Positions 59,434-64,000 of a stretch of DNA of 64,000 nucleotides are shown here, piece by piece; positions within the stretch are counted from its first letter, which is position 1; each line of letters starts with the position of its first letter. Under the pieces are notes generated by a model. The model was given only the letters and a program-made list of their open reading frames with translations. It had not been told where the DNA came from and searched no databases. Both the position numbers and the translations under genes were made by a program. The DNA comes from a virus: the IMG/VR virus record IMGVR_UViG_3300030061_003198, one strand, 5' to 3'.

Positions 59434-62265
59434 TTACGGCCTTTTTAATGATTTATATGTTATTTCTGATCCTGATGGGATTGTTACTAAATATTTTATT
59501 GTTGTGTTTGATGTAGGAAGAAAATCCATATCATAACGAAGTCTTAATCCATTAATAAATACTTCTAGGTATTCATATACAGATGATGAAACAAATGTTA
59601 AACTATCTGGCAATGGTACTGTCGCTCCTGATGATGTTATTTCGGTAACGTTATAATATTTAACTATTGGATTAATTAATGGTAATGATTCGATATCAAC
59701 ATATGATGCAGTTACCGCATGAGACGATGTGATCGAATATGATGCCGTTAGGCTATTTGTTACGCCTTGTACGCCAGTAATAGATCCTGTTACTAATAAT
59801 GAACCAGTTATCTGTAGATCGTTTGTTGTCGCATAATATGACCCCGTTTGATGGAATATTCCAGAAGTTATTCCTGTTAATTGTGAACCATCCCCTACAA
59901 AGTATGCTGCTGATGCTGTACTAGCAAATATTAAATCTCCTGTTGTTAATGATCCAGAAATTGCATGAATAATTCCGTTTCCAATTCTAAGCTGGTTATT
60001 AAAGTTGGTACTATTAACACCCACATTTTCGTGACCTATTAAAATATTATAATCACCATAACGAAGATCGTGTCCTGCTTGATATCCAATTAATGTATTA
60101 CCATCATTATCGGTAAAATATCTGCCAGCTTGATATCCTACTGCCACGTTATTAGTTGCTGATGTTAGCCCCCAATAGCTAGCAATACCTGCTCCTAAAA
60201 ATACATTGTAGTTTGATGTGCTGCTATCACCACTATGTCCGGTACCAGTTTGATTACCAATATAAACATTAGCACTACCATTACCATATCGCCCATTATA
60301 AGCACCAATCAAGATACTACTATTTTGATCTCCAAACTCGCCAGTATAAGAACCTAAAAATATATTTTTTGATTCTGTGTTAGTGTCTCTTCTACCAGCA
60401 TGATATCCAATTGTAATATTATCATCTCCAGTAGTTAATCCTCGCGATGAGCTTTCACCCATTATAATGTTTCGTTCTCCTCCAGCTTCTAATGATCCTG
60501 CAGCACCTTTACCTATAATAATATTATCACCTTTTTGCGGAATAAAAGATCCTGATATTGTTAATGAACCAGTTATTTGAGTATCAGTGTTGATTTGTAA
60601 TCCTTTATCAGGAGCAATTGATGCGGTAACGCTACCACTTGCAATTCTAGATAAGTTTAATCCAGTTATCCCTGATGCTGGTATATTAGTAATGCCAGAA
60701 CCATTACCTACATAGCTACCACTAAAGCTTCCACTAAAAACACCATTTCCGCTTTGAGCAAATGAAGCAGTATCAGCATAGCTGGAAGATACTTCTTTTA
60801 TTATTTCATGGGATGAACTTATTGCATAAGATGCAGATACTGCGTATGATGATGAAATTATTCCTGTTAATTGCGAACCATCACCTAAATAAGTTCCAAA
60901 GGATGATGTTGATGTTGTAGAGCCTGATATATTTCCAGAAAATATTGTTCTAGTATTATTTATATCTTGCCAATCCTCTGTATCATTCTTTCCTATTTTA
61001 ACATACGCTGCGTTACCAGTACTTTTAATATGTGCCCAATTGACTTGTCCTAGACGAATACCAGCTGGTGTGCCACCACCGTTACTATAAAAATGTCCTA
61101 TAGTATTACTAGTATTAGCAGTTAAAAACATTCCTCCAAAAGCCCCTGCTAATTTAACATGATATCCAGCATCATTGTCAGCACCGGTAAGTGTAATCAT
61201 TTGGTTAGAATGAATATATGATTGTTCATTATTTCCGCCGCCGTTGCCAGATCCAACTGCAGATAATTCTAATGTTGCTTGAGACCCATCATCTCCACCT
61301 GTTAATACAATTCCAGCTCCTTCTGTATATACAGGCGTGCTATTTTCGACCGAATCATATATATGTAATCTCGTACGATCGTTGCTGCCTGATATTCTAA
61401 TAGCATTTGTAGGAGCATTTGGTAAAAGAATATCTGAATTATGTGATCCGGATATTGTTAATGATCCTGTTATCTTAGCATTTGTATTAACAATAAATCC
61501 TTTATCGGGAGCAATTGATGCAGTAGCTGATCCGGACGCAATTCTAGATAAATTTAATCCAGTTATACCAGATGCTGGTATATTAGTAAGGCCGGAACCA
61601 TTACCTTGAAAAGATCCAGAAAAAGAACCCGAAGCTACTCTCGCATCTGCAATATATATATTTCCTGCCATCGGAGCATGTGCTGTACATTGATATTTTA
61701 GATGGGTTGGTCCGTCCATTGGCACATCAAATGATAAAAATCCTAATTGTACTCCGTTATTTATAATCCCTGTATTAAATGCACTACCTCCTAAATCTTG
61801 AATTTGGAACGGGTGAGCATTCATAGGATTATAAAATCTATATTTTTGTCCTCTAGTTAACTGTATATCTGGGTTTTGTTCTGTGCCATTTAAATCTCCA
61901 GGTCCGGTAAAGTAGTAATAGTTACTACCGCCGTCTGCTCCTAAAGTCCATGTTGACATATTAATATCAAATGTTGTAATTGATCCAGATACATATAATG
62001 AACCAGTTAAATCAACATCTTGTTGTAACGGACTTATATATGATGCAGTGTCTGCAGTGTTAGCGTGAGATGATGAAATTTCTTTTATTATTTCATGTGA
62101 TGCTGATATTGCATATGAAGCTGTTATTGCATATGAAGCTGATATTGCAGGTATCCCGCCTCCAATATTTGATAATAATGATCCATCGCCCTGAAAAGAT
62201 CCAGAGAATGATCCAGATAATGATAAATCATTTCTAAATTGTTTGCTATTAAATAATCTTCCCAT
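59434..62265 (-). CDS. Ser/Gly-rich fibre protein
   Basis: Internal duplications, N..IG..AG beta-helix repeats and a C-x2-H-x2-M module. Confidence 0.7.
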   Translation of the reverse strand: MGRLFNSKQFRNDLSLSGSFSGSFQGDGSLLSNIGGGIPAISASYAITASYAISASHEIIKEISSSHANTADTASYISPLQQDVDLTGSLYVSGSITTFDINMSTWTLGADGGSNYYYFTGPGDLNGTEQNPDIQLTRGQKYRFYNPMNAHPFQIQDLGGSAFNTGIINNGVQLGFLSFDVPMDGPTHLKYQCTAHAPMAGNIYIADARVASGSFSGSFQGNGSGLTNIPASGITGLNLSRIASGSATASIAPDKGFIVNTNAKITGSLTISGSHNSDILLPNAPTNAIRISGSNDRTRLHIYDSVENSTPVYTEGAGIVLTGGDDGSQATLELSAVGSGNGGGNNEQSYIHSNQMITLTGADNDAGYHVKLAGAFGGMFLTANTSNTIGHFYSNGGGTPAGIRLGQVNWAHIKSTGNAAYVKIGKNDTEDWQDINNTRTIFSGNISGSTTSTSSFGTYLGDGSQLTGIISSSYAVSASYAISSSHEIIKEVSSSYADTASFAQSGNGVFSGSFSGSYVGNGSGITNIPASGITGLNLSRIASGSVTASIAPDKGLQINTDTQITGSLTISGSFIPQKGDNIIIGKGAAGSLEAGGERNIIMGESSSRGLTTGDDNITIGYHAGRRDTNTESKNIFLGSYTGEFGDQNSSILIGAYNGRYGNGSANVYIGNQTGTGHSGDSSTSNYNVFLGAGIASYWGLTSATNNVAVGYQAGRYFTDNDGNTLIGYQAGHDLRYGDYNILIGHENVGVNSTNFNNQLRIGNGIIHAISGSLTTGDLIFASTASAAYFVGDGSQLTGITSGIFHQTGSYYATTNDLQITGSLLVTGSITGVQGVTNSLTASYSITSSHAVTASYVDIESLPLINPIVKYYNVTEITSSGATVPLPDSLTFVSSSVYEYLEVFINGLRLRYDMDFLPTSNTTIKYLVTIPSGSEITYKSLKRP
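60590..61630 (-). repeat. Intragenic duplicated block of about 45 aa
   Basis: FSGS..GNGSG.TNIPASGITGLNLSRIASGS.TASIAPDKG occurs at about 60590-60735 and 61490-61630. Confidence 0.8.
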
Positions 62266-63512
62266 TAACTAGTACTCCATCTACCATTAATTACAACTGT
62301 ATCAGATGATGCAATTTCATATCCTAACGAACCGGTATTAAAGTCTAATGTCTGTACAGCCGATACTGAAGGTGTCCATTCATATAAATATTTATCGATA
62401 TACTGTCCGTTTATATATACATCAAATTCATTTTTAGTAGCAGCTGCCGATGTTATTGGATTTAATGCTGCTGAACCTGTAACTGCAATAGTGTCTGCGT
62501 CTGAAAAAGATCCTGATATATCAGATAGTTCAGTTATGTATAGCATTGTTGCTGCATCGATAGTTCCGCCACCGCCACCAGCACTACCGCCGTCATTTGA
62601 TACTAATACAGCATTTCCAGAAATAATATTTTGTTTTTGTTCTAATAATTGTTGCGGTATAGTTGTACTACCAAATAATATACTTGTATCTAAATCTATA
62701 ATAGTATCCCAAGATAATATCTTTGTAGAAAATCTTTTTTGTAATGTAGACATTTTAAATTCTTGTTCCGACAATAATGTCCCATTAACTGTTAATGGTA
62801 CCGTACATCTAACAATTCGATCGTCGCCAACCGTATTAACTGTTTCGAAACTCAAAGTTCGTATATATGTTTTATATTTGTTAAATTCATTGCCCCATGC
62901 AAATGTTCCAAATGGCATAATTTGTTCTACAATTGTATTCATTTGTGTAGTGAAATCAGTCCATATTAATAATTCATATTCTAAATCAACATATTCTGGC
63001 ACGTTAATTGTATAAATTTCATCGCTCTCTTTTGGTTGGGTATTAAATACTGGGTTGACATCGTCTTCATATCTATTTCGTTTATTGTATTTCTTTTTAT
63101 AAAATAATACATTTCCGGCCGCTGCTCTATTAATATCTAGTTTTCTTAACTGGTCTCTTTCTGCTAATGAATTTCTTTTTATAACTATGATAGGCGACTG
63201 CAACATTCCCTTTTCATCACGTAAATATCCTAGTCTTCTTACATTATCCCATTTTTCACCATTTGCAAAAATTACAGGAACATTTATTAATTCTCCATTT
63301 GCTTCAACTTGTGGCTGTATTTCATTATCTAAAAACCATTTTATTGCATAATCAATATCATATACGGTACGTTTTGGCGTTCGTACAACATCATCATCTC
63401 TTCGAACTTGATTAGCACGATTTAAAATTGGGTCAGGGCGTGTAGATTCTGAATTTTTTAACTCTGGCTTATTTGTTTTTCTATCGATATTTTGTATACG
63501 GTATCTAGGCAT
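62265..63512 (-). CDS. Tail terminator / sheath stabiliser (T4 gp15-like) with C-terminal extension
   Basis: VPV.F..GEKW, P.YVDL.YEL.IW and QMN.IVEQI. Confidence 0.7.
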   Translation of the reverse strand: MPRYRIQNIDRKTNKPELKNSESTRPDPILNRANQVRRDDDVVRTPKRTVYDIDYAIKWFLDNEIQPQVEANGELINVPVIFANGEKWDNVRRLGYLRDEKGMLQSPIIVIKRNSLAERDQLRKLDINRAAAGNVLFYKKKYNKRNRYEDDVNPVFNTQPKESDEIYTINVPEYVDLEYELLIWTDFTTQMNTIVEQIMPFGTFAWGNEFNKYKTYIRTLSFETVNTVGDDRIVRCTVPLTVNGTLLSEQEFKMSTLQKRFSTKILSWDTIIDLDTSILFGSTTIPQQLLEQKQNIISGNAVLVSNDGGSAGGGGGTIDAATMLYITELSDISGSFSDADTIAVTGSAALNPITSAAATKNEFDVYINGQYIDKYLYEWTPSVSAVQTLDFNTGSLGYEIASSDTVVINGRWSTS

Positions 63513-64000
63513 TAACCAAATCCTTTATATGAATTATCATCATTTGGAGATCCAAATCTCATTTTTCTAATATTAGTAGGGGTTTGTCTTGTTACATGAG
63601 CATCACATAAAACAGATACACTATATCCAAATTTATCGCCATTTGGCCAAGTTTCTGGATTCTTTCCTGCAAAATATTCATTTGCATCTACATTATCTAA
63701 TTCATAAAATTCATTATCCCATTTTACAATATCTCCAGATTCTGGATAGAAATCTGCTTTTACTAATATATCTCTAGATATTCCAAATTGAGCCGTACGT
63801 GTATATGAATGTCCATAATCATCCATATTAGAAGTTTTTCCTTCTTTTGTAATTAACGCTGGTATTAGTATTGAATTAAAATATGATTTAGATGTAGATT
63901 CGCCATATATATTTGAATTGGATTGTTCAACAACCAATTTAAAAAATTCTATTTCTGTATCTACTATTGCATTTAATAATTCTGCATTAATAGATGCTAG
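63512..64000 (-). CDS. Neck / head-closure protein (T4 gp14-like), start outside the window
   Basis: Frame is open to base 64000; NIYGES and P..GDIV.W...FYE patterns. Confidence 0.65.
   Translation of the reverse strand, partial: LASINAELLNAIVDTEIEFFKLVVEQSNSNIYGESTSKSYFNSILIPALITKEGKTSNMDDYGHSYTRTAQFGISRDILVKADFYPESGDIVKWDNEFYELDNVDANEYFAGKNPETWPNGDKFGYSVSVLCDAHVTRQTPTNIRKMRFGSPNDDNSYKGFG

Overview
The whole 64 kb is part of a large, AT-rich, T4-like myovirus genome. Every credible gene lies on the minus strand, densely packed and often translationally coupled. Read in transcription order (right to left): neck/tail-terminator genes, large Ser/Thr/Gly-rich fibre proteins, tail sheath and tube, a tail chaperone pair probably joined by a frameshift, tape measure, baseplate genes, and an atypical family-A polymerase. 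Then come SSB, RecA, 5'-3' exonuclease, helicase, class II RNR, GroEL, folE2-queD-queE, GroES, PhoH, UvsE and DNA polymerase B. Next is a six-gene cassette with a QueD-paralogue (DpdL-like), a GT-B glycosyltransferase and a TGT-family DpdA, followed by sliding clamp, dUTPase, clamp loader and a Cas4-like nuclease. The window ends in a run of at least six glycosyltransferases. The GroEL sequence resembles Bacteroidota/Flavobacteriia GroELs, which suggests such a host (inference). The strongest candidate for an undescribed system is a 7-deazaguanine DNA-modification pathway with no QueC in the window, coupled to a dedicated glycosyltransferase and uncharacterised proteins; it may produce a glycosylated deazaguanine base. 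Other highlights: two promoter classes read directly from the sequence (TWGGAT-N17-TATWWT and ATATTTATA), a late-expressed glycosylation locus that may glycosylate the virion, amicyanin-like copper-ligand motifs in two fibre proteins, and a PolA with an altered steric gate. All annotations come from motif recognition by eye; no database searches were run.
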